DNA from: a virus
Lineage: Duplodnaviria > Caudoviricetes
Direction: 5' to 3' (one strand)
DNA: 28,704 nucleotides
IMG/VR virus record: IMGVR_UViG_3300017988_000022
Coordinates: 1-28,704 of that record
The notes beneath the pieces are model-generated. The model searched no databases. It saw only the letters and a list, made by a program, of their open reading frames with translations, and was not told the DNA's origin. Below are positions 16,848 to 25,774 of the stretch, piece by piece (position 1 is the first letter of the stretch; the number at the start of each line of letters is the position of its first letter). A program made the position numbers and the translations under genes.

Positions 16848-19800
16848 TGGCCACCGCCGTACAAATCGAACTGCTGGTGGACGAGAAGGGCGCAGTCTCG
16901 GGTGTGCGTGTCTTTGACAGCGCCATCAAGGGCACGTCGGGCTCGGTGCGCCAGTTGGGCGCGGAGCTCGCCGCCGTGGGCACCCGCGCCGCGGCCGCGG
17001 GAAACCAGACCAAGGCTGCACTGGATAAGACGGGCGTGGCCGCGCTGTCGAGCGTCGAGAAGACGCGGCTCTTAACTGAAGAGTTCGGCATCCGGCTGCC
17101 CCGCGCCATGGTGCGCCTAGCTGCAGAGAGCAAGATCACCCAGGCCGCGATTGGAGCGATTGGCCCAGCGCTCATTGGGCTGGGCGCGATTCAGATCGGG
17201 ACGATGGTGTTTTCACAGCTCGTCGAGGGCGCGCAAAAGCTGTGGCGTAACTATCTCTCCCTAAACTCAGCCCAGAAGGAGTACGAAGAACAACTCGAAA
17301 AGACCAAGGATGAGGACTATTGGAATTCGCACGATATTGAGACCACGACGCTGCGAATCAAGGAAGCCACCGCGGCGGCCAGAGGCTATCGCACTGAGGC
17401 TGAGGCGGCGAATAAGGGTGGCTGGGGCAGCATATTAACTGGTGGCCCCATGGCAATGGGCGTGGGCCTTGGAATGCTCTATGCGGCGCACAAACAGGCC
17501 GGCCTCGGCGTCGCGCAGCAGCAGGGCTTGGATAAGCTCACTCTGGAAAAGGCCCAGGAGCAGCACGAGCTGACGCTCCTCGCAATCCAGGCAACTCATC
17601 CTGATGCCAAGGGCCGGAAACTCGCCGAGAATCAGGAGGATTATTCCTATAAACGCGCGCTCAACGCCAGGCTTGGCAATGCGACCCCCGACGATGCTGA
17701 TGCGAAAGAGAAGGCTCTCAAGGATCAGATTGCGCGGCAGGATGCAAGCGGCGGCGGCCGTGACGCGAAGTCGCAGATCGAGGAACTTGCGCGCCTGCGC
17801 GAACAGGCGCTCGAATCTGGGCTGCGCGGTGTAGCTCTCTACCATGCACAGGAAGCCGCGGCGATCGCGGACTTGAAGACTCGCGATATCGATTCAACCT
17901 CCGCCCGTGAATATGTCCATCAAAAGTTCCACAACGAAGAAATGAAGCGTCTGGAAGATCAGACCCGCGCGACTGAGAAGATCGTCCGCGCGTCGACCAT
18001 CACGGGCATGAGCGGCATTGCCAAGACACAGCGCCAGGGCGAGGATCGCATCGCCGAAGTGCGCGACTCTGACTTTGAGGATGTTGATGCAAGCGGCCAC
18101 TCGGCGCTGGCTGATCAGCAGCGCGCAGCGATCAGCCGCGAGACGGATCAACAGATCGCCGAAGAGAAGCGCTCGCTCGCCGATTATGTGAACAATCTCT
18201 CCGACGAGTCTGCCACGCACCAGATCTCAGGTTTCGTGCGGATCAACGCCGAAGCTTCTAAACAGATTGAAGAACTGCGGAGAAAGATCGAAGCGGGCTA
18301 CGGCAAAGCGCCAAAGATCGGGCCGCCATCGGTCGACCAGGCGGAGGGCGCGAGCCTTCTTCAGCAGGGAACCGCAGCGATCGAGCGCAATGCCGCGGAC
18401 CAACGTTTAGAGCTGGCCCAGCGCAATGCCGACGAGACGGCGCAGATCGAGGCTGAAGCAAATGTGCGGTCGCTGAGCGCGGAGAAGCAGCGCACCGCCG
18501 CGATCGAGGCCGAGTACCGGGCGCGCACACAGAAATACGAGGAGGAACTCAAGGCCCAGGAGATCTCCGACGACGACTATAACCGGCGGGTGGCCGCGGC
18601 GGCCGAGCAGCGCGATGCGGATATGGTGCAGGCCTCGCGCGAAGCCCGCGAGAAGATGGCCGGCGAGTTCGATTCCTTTTTCAAGAGCCTTGATCATCCC
18701 GCCGAAGCGCTGAAGAGCCTGGGCGACAAGGTCGCGGGGCAGGCCGCGGCCATGCTGGTGCAACGCATTCAGCAGCATGGCCAGGGCGCGGCGGCGACGC
18801 CCGCAACACCCGAGGGTGGCATTATCGGGTTGCTCACGGGCGGCGTCTTCACGCGTGGATCTAAATCTGCTGCTGCAATGCAGGATGCGAAAGCCGAGAT
18901 GCCGCGCAGCCATGGCGCGGCCGGCGAAAAAGAGAAGACCTTCACCGTCTCGCAGGCCACGATTCACATCGGCAGCGCTACGTTTGCAGGCAGCGCGCTC
19001 GCGCAGCCTGGAGCGCCTGGATGGAGCGCACCGAGCACAAGCACGAGTCTGCTCGCTCCCACAGCGATTCACCAGCGCTCGCCCTACACCGGCGCGTCTG
19101 TTCCGGCGTCGACGAGCGAGGCCTCGCCGGCCTGGGGCACAGGCGCCGGCACATCTGATTTCAGCACAGGGAGTCCCGGCGCGGCTCCAACACCAGTTGG
19201 TGGTATGGGCGCGGTGATGGGCGACCTGCAGCAAGGCACCGCACTCGCAAGATCGGGAATCAGTCTCTTCAATGGCAGCAAAGGCGGCGGCGGTGAGACT
19301 GGCAGCGGTGACTTCGCGGAGACGCAGAGCGCCAGCGCACCTGGGCAGTTCGACGAGAACGGGAACTTCGTTTCAAGCGGCAGCACTACCGCGAGCGCGA
19401 GCGGCGGCGGCATGCTGGGCGGCGGTGGCGTGGGCGCGAATGCGATGGGCGCGGTGAGTGGAGGGTTGGGCCTCTTCAGTGCCTACGAAGGCAATGGCGG
19501 CGTGGGTGGCGCGCTGGGCGGAGCTATGAGCGGCATGAAGCTCGGCATGGCTCTCGGCGGCCCTGTGGGCGCGGCGATCGGCGCGGCGGCCGGCGCGGTG
19601 ATTGGAGCCATCGGCTTTGGCGGCCGGGAGAAGGCGCGCGTCTACGACTTGAAACAGGTTCGTCCACGCATCGGGAATGACATCGACGGCTACCAGCAGG
19701 GTTCGATGGACTACCTTGGCGCCTACGCGGATGTGCAGAGCCTCGACCAGGAGGCCAAGCACGCAACAAACGCGCTGGGACCTGCAGCGCAGCGCTACTA

Positions 19801-20257
19801 CCAAGACACGATCAAAAAGGAGATTAAGGATGCGGAAGGCAAGCTGAGCGCGGAGCAGAAGGCCGGCCGCAGCCAATATACGGCCACCGCGGCGCAGTAC
19901 GACACGGGCGGCCCGGTCAATGACTTCGGCGATCTGGCGACTTCTCCCGATCACGGCCTGGTCCACATGCAGCTGGGCGAATTCACCGTGAAGCCCAACG
20001 TCTATCAGCGCAACAAATCCACACTGGACGCACTGAACGCCGGCGCTTCGATGGACTCCATCCACCGCAGCTACCAGGCGGCGATGCAGAGCCGCGACGC
20101 GCGGCGCAGTTCCTCGGGCGGTGACCGCACCATGAACATGAACGTCCACGCGATTGATTCCAAGGGTGTGATCCAGTTCTTCAACCAATATAAGCACCAC
20201 ATGCGCGCGGCACTCAACAGCAGTTACGCAGAGAACTCGGGGAGCGCCGATGCCTGA
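16847..20257 (+). CDS. Tail tape measure protein
   Basis: 1136 aa; N-terminal VQIELLVDEKGAV; long Ala/Glu/Gln coiled coil; Gly-zipper hydrophobic segment; C-terminal YDTGG...GEFTV motif. Confidence 0.9.
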   Translation: MATAVQIELLVDEKGAVSGVRVFDSAIKGTSGSVRQLGAELAAVGTRAAAAGNQTKAALDKTGVAALSSVEKTRLLTEEFGIRLPRAMVRLAAESKITQAAIGAIGPALIGLGAIQIGTMVFSQLVEGAQKLWRNYLSLNSAQKEYEEQLEKTKDEDYWNSHDIETTTLRIKEATAAARGYRTEAEAANKGGWGSILTGGPMAMGVGLGMLYAAHKQAGLGVAQQQGLDKLTLEKAQEQHELTLLAIQATHPDAKGRKLAENQEDYSYKRALNARLGNATPDDADAKEKALKDQIARQDASGGGRDAKSQIEELARLREQALESGLRGVALYHAQEAAAIADLKTRDIDSTSAREYVHQKFHNEEMKRLEDQTRATEKIVRASTITGMSGIAKTQRQGEDRIAEVRDSDFEDVDASGHSALADQQRAAISRETDQQIAEEKRSLADYVNNLSDESATHQISGFVRINAEASKQIEELRRKIEAGYGKAPKIGPPSVDQAEGASLLQQGTAAIERNAADQRLELAQRNADETAQIEAEANVRSLSAEKQRTAAIEAEYRARTQKYEEELKAQEISDDDYNRRVAAAAEQRDADMVQASREAREKMAGEFDSFFKSLDHPAEALKSLGDKVAGQAAAMLVQRIQQHGQGAAATPATPEGGIIGLLTGGVFTRGSKSAAAMQDAKAEMPRSHGAAGEKEKTFTVSQATIHIGSATFAGSALAQPGAPGWSAPSTSTSLLAPTAIHQRSPYTGASVPASTSEASPAWGTGAGTSDFSTGSPGAAPTPVGGMGAVMGDLQQGTALARSGISLFNGSKGGGGETGSGDFAETQSASAPGQFDENGNFVSSGSTTASASGGGMLGGGGVGANAMGAVSGGLGLFSAYEGNGGVGGALGGAMSGMKLGMALGGPVGAAIGAAAGAVIGAIGFGGREKARVYDLKQVRPRIGNDIDGYQQGSMDYLGAYADVQSLDQEAKHATNALGPAAQRYYQDTIKKEIKDAEGKLSAEQKAGRSQYTATAAQYDTGGPVNDFGDLATSPDHGLVHMQLGEFTVKPNVYQRNKSTLDALNAGASMDSIHRSYQAAMQSRDARRSSSGGDRTMNMNVHAIDSKGVIQFFNQYKHHMRAALNSSYAENSGSADA

Positions 20258-21098
20258 GACTGACATCCTCAATCCGACCGCGGGCTGGGACTCGGTGCTC
20301 CACGACTCGATGAACCCCAGCTATGGTTTCACGCGGAAGCGCTCTACGACGCAGTTGCATAAGAAGGCAGTCGGCGGCATCCCCTGGACGCGCGAAACGC
20401 AGAATGTGGGCCACAGCTTCAGCCTGAGCTGGCTCGGCCGGACCTGGCCGTGCGTGCAGCGCCTGAAGCAGTACTACGAGCAATATGAGGATGGGTACTT
20501 CACCATCATCGATTACGAGGGCGGCGGAAGGCACTATGTAGGCCGCTTCACCACCGAAGTGACGCCGGTTGTGACCGCCAACAATAAATGGGATGTGCAG
20601 AATGTGACCTTCGAAGAGATGCCGCGCGTCCCAATGGTGCTTTATCCCTCCGATTGGGATCACGACTCGATCCTCTTCCTGGCGGTCAATGACTTCGGCG
20701 ATCAGAAGCTGGCCGTCAATGGCGCCTGGACGCAGGTCACGCTGGCAACAGTCCCCACCATCACGCTGGGCGGTATCGCGCGCGCTACGCTGCCGACGAC
20801 AGCGATGACCGACGCCGGAACCGCCGGCGACTGGGCGCAATATGAGTACCGCGGCTACGGCTTCCAACTCTGGCTCTCGCAGGGTCCGGAGTTCGGCAAG
20901 TGCGATGTGTATCTCGACGGGGTGCTGTTGCAGACCGTCGATTGCTACAACGCCGCCGAACTGGGACCGCAGGCTGTGCTCACGCAACAGTCGGTCTCGC
21001 TCGACATCCACCGCGTGAAGATTATTTGTGACGGAACCAAGAATAGCGCAGCCACCGGAACAAATATCACCTGGTGGGCCCTCCAGGTGATGCGATGA
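20250..21098 (+). CDS. Distal tail (Dit-like) protein with C-terminal carbohydrate-binding-like domain
   Basis: First gene after the tape measure; C-terminal YRGYGFQL..GPEFGKCDVYLDG...HRVKI..GTKN jelly-roll pattern. Confidence 0.6.
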   Translation: MPETDILNPTAGWDSVLHDSMNPSYGFTRKRSTTQLHKKAVGGIPWTRETQNVGHSFSLSWLGRTWPCVQRLKQYYEQYEDGYFTIIDYEGGGRHYVGRFTTEVTPVVTANNKWDVQNVTFEEMPRVPMVLYPSDWDHDSILFLAVNDFGDQKLAVNGAWTQVTLATVPTITLGGIARATLPTTAMTDAGTAGDWAQYEYRGYGFQLWLSQGPEFGKCDVYLDGVLLQTVDCYNAAELGPQAVLTQQSVSLDIHRVKIICDGTKNSAATGTNITWWALQVMR

Positions 21099-22285
21099 GC
21101 ACTCCGTACCCGGCCTCACTGAAGGCTGTGGGCGGCGCGCGGCCTGGCATCGCGCCCGTGAACCTGCTCGATGTGCAGGACGTGAACGGCAACCTCTATT
21201 ACTGGAGCGATCGCCCGTCGAATGCACCCTTTGCGATCACTGGCCAGGAAGATGTTGTTGTCAACGCCGCGCCGCCTTTGCTTCCTATTCCGCCCGGAAA
21301 ATCTGTAGCCTGGTCGCTGCCGACTGTGGCAACTACCTCAATCGATGGCGGCGGAGGCACAGTGAGCGCGAGTCCTGCCGGCGGATTGCTTGTGTCTCTC
21401 GCGCCGGGCGGTGTCGCTGCCACATGGAAAGGCTTCTCCATCCCGGCCGGCGTGCCCGAGTCCGCGATCACCGGGGTCTATTACGTGATGATCCTGACCG
21501 GGAGCATGCTAGGCCCCGCGGCCGTGTATCTTCCCATCACGACTCCCACGGATATGAACGGGCAGTATAGCAACGGCCCTTACGGGCTTGGGCCTGATTG
21601 GGCTGCCGGCATCGCAGCCATCAGCCTGACGGCCACCATGGTGCGCGCGTGGTACAACCCCGCGTCCGCCGGCGCCCAGATGCTGCAGGTCAGCTTTGTG
21701 GGCGTCGCGATTTACTACACCACTCCCACGACGCCTCCCGTTCCTCCATATCCATGGAAAGAATCGGGCTGGAACGGGCCATCGCCTTATCTGCCTTGGA
21801 TCATCGGTGTTCCGAAGTTCACGTTTCATCGGTCGCTGGTGACCGATGTCGGCAATTTCGTTTTACAGAACCTCTCCGGCGACACGCTGCAGCGCGACTT
21901 TGAGCGGCTGATGCGGCGATCCGCGCTCGAAGGCGCACTCTTTGTGTATCGCTGCTGGCAGCCCGACGCCGAGGCCGCATGGCTCGAAGTACATGGCAAA
22001 CTGACCGTGGACGATGTGGGCACCGACACGGTGAGCCTGCGCGGCGAGAATCTGATCAGCCCTGCACAGGAAGACACACCGCTGGAGATCTACAGCGAAA
22101 CGTGCCAGCTCAACTGGGGCGGCCCGCGCTGCGGATCGACGCAGCCGACCGAGTGCCAGTACAGTTTCCAAACCTGCCAGGTGCCTGAGCGCATCATGGT
22201 CGCGCTCAACGATTACGAAAAGAACTACGGCGAAGCCACCGCCAACACAGCGCTGAAAGTAATCAACCGCGCGAGGCGTATCTGA
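21095..22285 (+). CDS. Lambda gpL-like tail tip protein with C-terminal four-Cys cluster and an inserted domain
   Basis: ATGA overlap start; C-terminal CQLNWGGPRC-x7-C-x6-C. Confidence 0.6.
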   Translation: MSTPYPASLKAVGGARPGIAPVNLLDVQDVNGNLYYWSDRPSNAPFAITGQEDVVVNAAPPLLPIPPGKSVAWSLPTVATTSIDGGGGTVSASPAGGLLVSLAPGGVAATWKGFSIPAGVPESAITGVYYVMILTGSMLGPAAVYLPITTPTDMNGQYSNGPYGLGPDWAAGIAAISLTATMVRAWYNPASAGAQMLQVSFVGVAIYYTTPTTPPVPPYPWKESGWNGPSPYLPWIIGVPKFTFHRSLVTDVGNFVLQNLSGDTLQRDFERLMRRSALEGALFVYRCWQPDAEAAWLEVHGKLTVDDVGTDTVSLRGENLISPAQEDTPLEIYSETCQLNWGGPRCGSTQPTECQYSFQTCQVPERIMVALNDYEKNYGEATANTALKVINRARRI

Positions 22286-25200
22286 TGGCGAACGCCTCCA
22301 CAACGCAAGCCTCCAGCGCCAGCGAGACGACGGGTACGCCGATCCCGCTGACCTACGGCTACGCGTGGGTGACGGGCAAGCGGCATGCCTATTACATGCT
22401 GCAGGACACCGGGAACGATTACATGGACTACCATCGCGTCGGCGTCTGGCTGCTGGGCCATGGCGAATGGGATGGATGCACGGAGCTGTGGATCAACGAC
22501 CTGCTGACATGGGAGAGCAATATTCCGGCTGCAGCGCCTCCAGGCTTCAGCGGGCAGAACTGGCTCAAGGCTGAAGACGGCGATGCTAACTTCGTTTTCA
22601 ACTTTCACAGCGGCTGCGATTCCGTCATCGGCTCCGGACTCGCGCCTTCATCGAGCGGCCCGGACCAGGGCGTCGACGTGCTCTATGCGCAGTTTCCCTC
22701 AGCCATCCAGCCGCTGGCCTTTTCGCGCATCGCCTACTACACGCTGATGCGCAAGCAGGCCATCCAAAACCAGACCAACACACACCGCGCCGACCCTACG
22801 CAGTGGACCGACATCAATCCCATCGGCCTGTGGCGCGCACTGAAGTGCCGGCTCTTTGACGACGAAGGAAATCAGACCGGCTACGCCTTCACCACCAACC
22901 CGGCGTGGCATTTCGTCGATCTGATCCTGCGCCGCAAGCTGATGCCCGATTACGGTCTCAGCATCACCGCCGGTCCCGATCAGCTTTCGGCGGCCATCGG
23001 CAATCGCTTCGACTGGGGCTCGATCTACCAGGCTGCGCAATATTATGATGAGATTCTAGCCAACGGACGCCGGCGCTTCCAGGGCAGCTACTCTTTCGCA
23101 CAACAAACGTCGCTGCAGGCGTGCCTGGAACAGATTCTGCTGGTCTGCCGTAGTTGGATGGGCGAGTACGCCGGCAAAATCAGTCTGAACTGCGACATGC
23201 CGCGGCCGAGCGTGTTTACATTCAGCCGCGATTGCATTCTGCCTGGCAGCTTCGATGCGGATGACAAGGTGGTGCACACCGCGGGCAACCGCTACGTGGC
23301 CACCATGCGCGACCTGCTGGTTCCGCAGGCTGCGGTGATCGCGTCGATCACATGTGTGGCGAACGGCCGCCCTGTGGTCACGACAGAGACGCCGCATCCC
23401 TTCAACGCCGCCGACCGCATCGCCATCGGGGGCACAAACACCACCTATGACGGCGAGTGGACTGTCTACAGCGTCCCGCCTGTTGCGAACGTGGGTACAC
23501 CTGAAGAAACGGATCCCACCACATTTGTGATGAATCGCAAAGGCTCGAACTATCCCACCAGCGTGGGTTCGGGCGGCGGGGTGGGGCTGTTGTATTCGCG
23601 CTTCACGAAGCGCTCACCGGAGTTCTGGCACAAAAATCACATGCTGGCCGAAGGCGCGCGGGGCGTGGGGATCCCGCGCCAGCGCAACAAAGTAAAGCAT
23701 GCGATCGACCTGAGCATCAGCACCTATGACCAGGCCAGCCGCATCGCCCGCTACGAACGCGACCGCGCGTTGGGCCTGGATGTCTCGCCTTACATCACGC
23801 CGCCTTTGGTGAGGGTGAAGACATCGATGTTCGCCAAGGACGCCTACGGCGACCTGGCCTCCGCGGTGCGGCCCGGCGATCATGTCACCGTCGACGACAC
23901 GCTGAGCTTTACTTATGCGGGCGAATACGAAGTGATCGATCCGCTCGAAATGTCGGTGCCCACGGCACGCGCTGACAGTCAGAATGGCTCCATCCAGCGC
24001 GAGCCCGATGCGGAGAGCGGGGAGATCGCGTTCACGCTCGGTACTTACAACCCAGCCATCCTCTACGACGACAGTGACACGCTGCAGGCGGGCTGGCCGA
24101 GCGTGCCTGGCAGCGATCCAGGCAACGAGTCGAACTTCACCGGAATTGATTTGGCCAGCGGCGGCATCTTCGTTTTCTTCACCGGGATACAAGCGAGCGG
24201 AAGCCAATTCCAACTGCCGTCGACAGGCTTCCCGCCGGGCAACCTGCTCGACTGGGTTGGACCGGCCGGCACCAACGTCAACTACCACGCCATGCGCGTG
24301 ATTCAACTCTGCGACGCGGATTCCAATCGCAACCTCTCACTGGTCTACACCGACGACATCGGCAACTTCTGGGGCGGCGATGTGAACTTCGGGGCGCTGA
24401 GCTGGTTGAACGCCGCGACGTCGCCCACCCTCTCCGGCGGCATGAACTGGATGGAATTGACGTTGCTCGGCGGAGAAAAGGTCCTCTTCGGCGAAGGCGT
24501 CCTGGTCGATGGAACGACGGTCGCGCTTCCTGCGGGCTATTCGCTGGCGCAGGCTTTTGCCGTTGCCTTTCCGCACGACACACCGACAACGGCGACCCAC
24601 AATCCCCGCATCGTCGGCGCGAACGTCGATTCCGGCGGCACTGTCCATTTCACCTACAACGATGGAGCGGGAAACACCTGGCACGGCAACGCGGCGGTGC
24701 TTGTCTTTGCGTGGAAGAACAACATGGGCACCGTGACCACAGAAACCGTGGGCGCGGGCAAGTGGATGGAGATCACCCTCTCGAACGGGAAGAAGTTCGG
24801 AGTGGGCTGCGCGCTGGGCGTCGCGGATGGCTCGACATTCCAGACACCAGCGTCGGCCGGCGCGGCCTCTACGCTGCAGGCGATCGCAGGCACCAGCACG
24901 TTTGTTGTGCCCGCCGGAGCTGGCCAGACACAGGGCGTGCTGTCCTGTTATCTCGATGGCAGCAATGTTGTGCATGTGACCTTCGGCGGCGGCGGCAGCC
25001 CCACCGTGAGCGGCGTCGCCGATGTGTTTGGGCTTTACTGTGAATCGGGCTCAGGACTGCCGCTGCTGATCACCGTGAGCCCCAGCTCCGCGTCGCTGGC
25101 CGCGGGAGCGACGCAGCAGTTCAGCGCAGCCGTGGGCGGCGCCGCGAACCAGGGCGTGACGTGGAGCGTCGACGGCATCCTGGGCGGCAACGTGACCGTG

Positions 25201-25401
25201 GGCACCGTCGACAGCAGCGGCCTCTACAGCGCGCCGACCGCGGCAGGCAACCACACCATCACCGCGACCAGTGTCGCCGATCCGACGGCCTCTGGATCTG
25301 CGGCGGTGAGCGTCTGGGGCGCGGTGCTCACTGGTGACATCCTGACCGACGACGCGGGCAATCCCATCTATGCCAACGGAGACACGATTTATGTCGAATA
25401 G
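22285..25401 (+). CDS. Lambda gpJ-like central tail tip / hub protein with C-terminal repeats and Ig-like (Big_2) domain
   Basis: GTPIPLTYG, LLGHGE, TTNPAWHFVDLI, FDWGSI..AA.YYD motifs; ITVSPSSASLAAGATQQFSA...VTWSV...GTVDSSGLYSAP Ig repeat. Confidence 0.8.
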   Translation: MANASTTQASSASETTGTPIPLTYGYAWVTGKRHAYYMLQDTGNDYMDYHRVGVWLLGHGEWDGCTELWINDLLTWESNIPAAAPPGFSGQNWLKAEDGDANFVFNFHSGCDSVIGSGLAPSSSGPDQGVDVLYAQFPSAIQPLAFSRIAYYTLMRKQAIQNQTNTHRADPTQWTDINPIGLWRALKCRLFDDEGNQTGYAFTTNPAWHFVDLILRRKLMPDYGLSITAGPDQLSAAIGNRFDWGSIYQAAQYYDEILANGRRRFQGSYSFAQQTSLQACLEQILLVCRSWMGEYAGKISLNCDMPRPSVFTFSRDCILPGSFDADDKVVHTAGNRYVATMRDLLVPQAAVIASITCVANGRPVVTTETPHPFNAADRIAIGGTNTTYDGEWTVYSVPPVANVGTPEETDPTTFVMNRKGSNYPTSVGSGGGVGLLYSRFTKRSPEFWHKNHMLAEGARGVGIPRQRNKVKHAIDLSISTYDQASRIARYERDRALGLDVSPYITPPLVRVKTSMFAKDAYGDLASAVRPGDHVTVDDTLSFTYAGEYEVIDPLEMSVPTARADSQNGSIQREPDAESGEIAFTLGTYNPAILYDDSDTLQAGWPSVPGSDPGNESNFTGIDLASGGIFVFFTGIQASGSQFQLPSTGFPPGNLLDWVGPAGTNVNYHAMRVIQLCDADSNRNLSLVYTDDIGNFWGGDVNFGALSWLNAATSPTLSGGMNWMELTLLGGEKVLFGEGVLVDGTTVALPAGYSLAQAFAVAFPHDTPTTATHNPRIVGANVDSGGTVHFTYNDGAGNTWHGNAAVLVFAWKNNMGTVTTETVGAGKWMEITLSNGKKFGVGCALGVADGSTFQTPASAGAASTLQAIAGTSTFVVPAGAGQTQGVLSCYLDGSNVVHVTFGGGGSPTVSGVADVFGLYCESGSGLPLLITVSPSSASLAAGATQQFSAAVGGAANQGVTWSVDGILGGNVTVGTVDSSGLYSAPTAAGNHTITATSVADPTASGSAAVSVWGAVLTGDILTDDAGNPIYANGDTIYVE

Positions 25402-25410
25402 GAGCAAACG

Positions 25411-25764
25411 ATGACAACACTTTCAGCCGTGATCGCTTCCGGCGCGCTCAGCGCAATCCCCGTGGCAGGCATCGCGGGCCGCATCTACTTTGCCACCGAC
25501 ACCAAGCACACATTCCGGGATAACGGGGCGACCTGGGACGATGTGACGTCTTCGGCGATCCTCGGCTCCGTGGCGCTGGCGCCTGGCGCTGGAGGCAACT
25601 TCACCGTTGCGCACGGGCTGCCCGCGGCGCCGTCGCATGTGGCCTTTCAGAAAACCTCGGGGGGCGACTTCTGGTTCCAGACGCCCACCGCGTTCGACGC
25701 GACCAACCTTTACCTCGTGGCCTCCGATGCGGACGTCACGGGCGTGGCGATCTGCTTTGCGTGA
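25411..25764 (+). CDS. Small tail fibre-associated protein
   Basis: AGGAG RBS; GRIYFATDT...NGATW fibre-type motif and VAHGLPAAP motif. Confidence 0.6.
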   Translation: MTTLSAVIASGALSAIPVAGIAGRIYFATDTKHTFRDNGATWDDVTSSAILGSVALAPGAGGNFTVAHGLPAAPSHVAFQKTSGGDFWFQTPTAFDATNLYLVASDADVTGVAICFA

Positions 25765-25774
25765 GGAGTTTCCT

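Noticed and set aside
2189-25774. Longer ORF-track starts at 2189, 3007, 12959, 14071, 21074 and 25607
   Set aside because: The extensions overlap upstream genes. RBS or ATGA coupling supports starts at 2375, 3436, 13604, 14140, 21095 and 25775.
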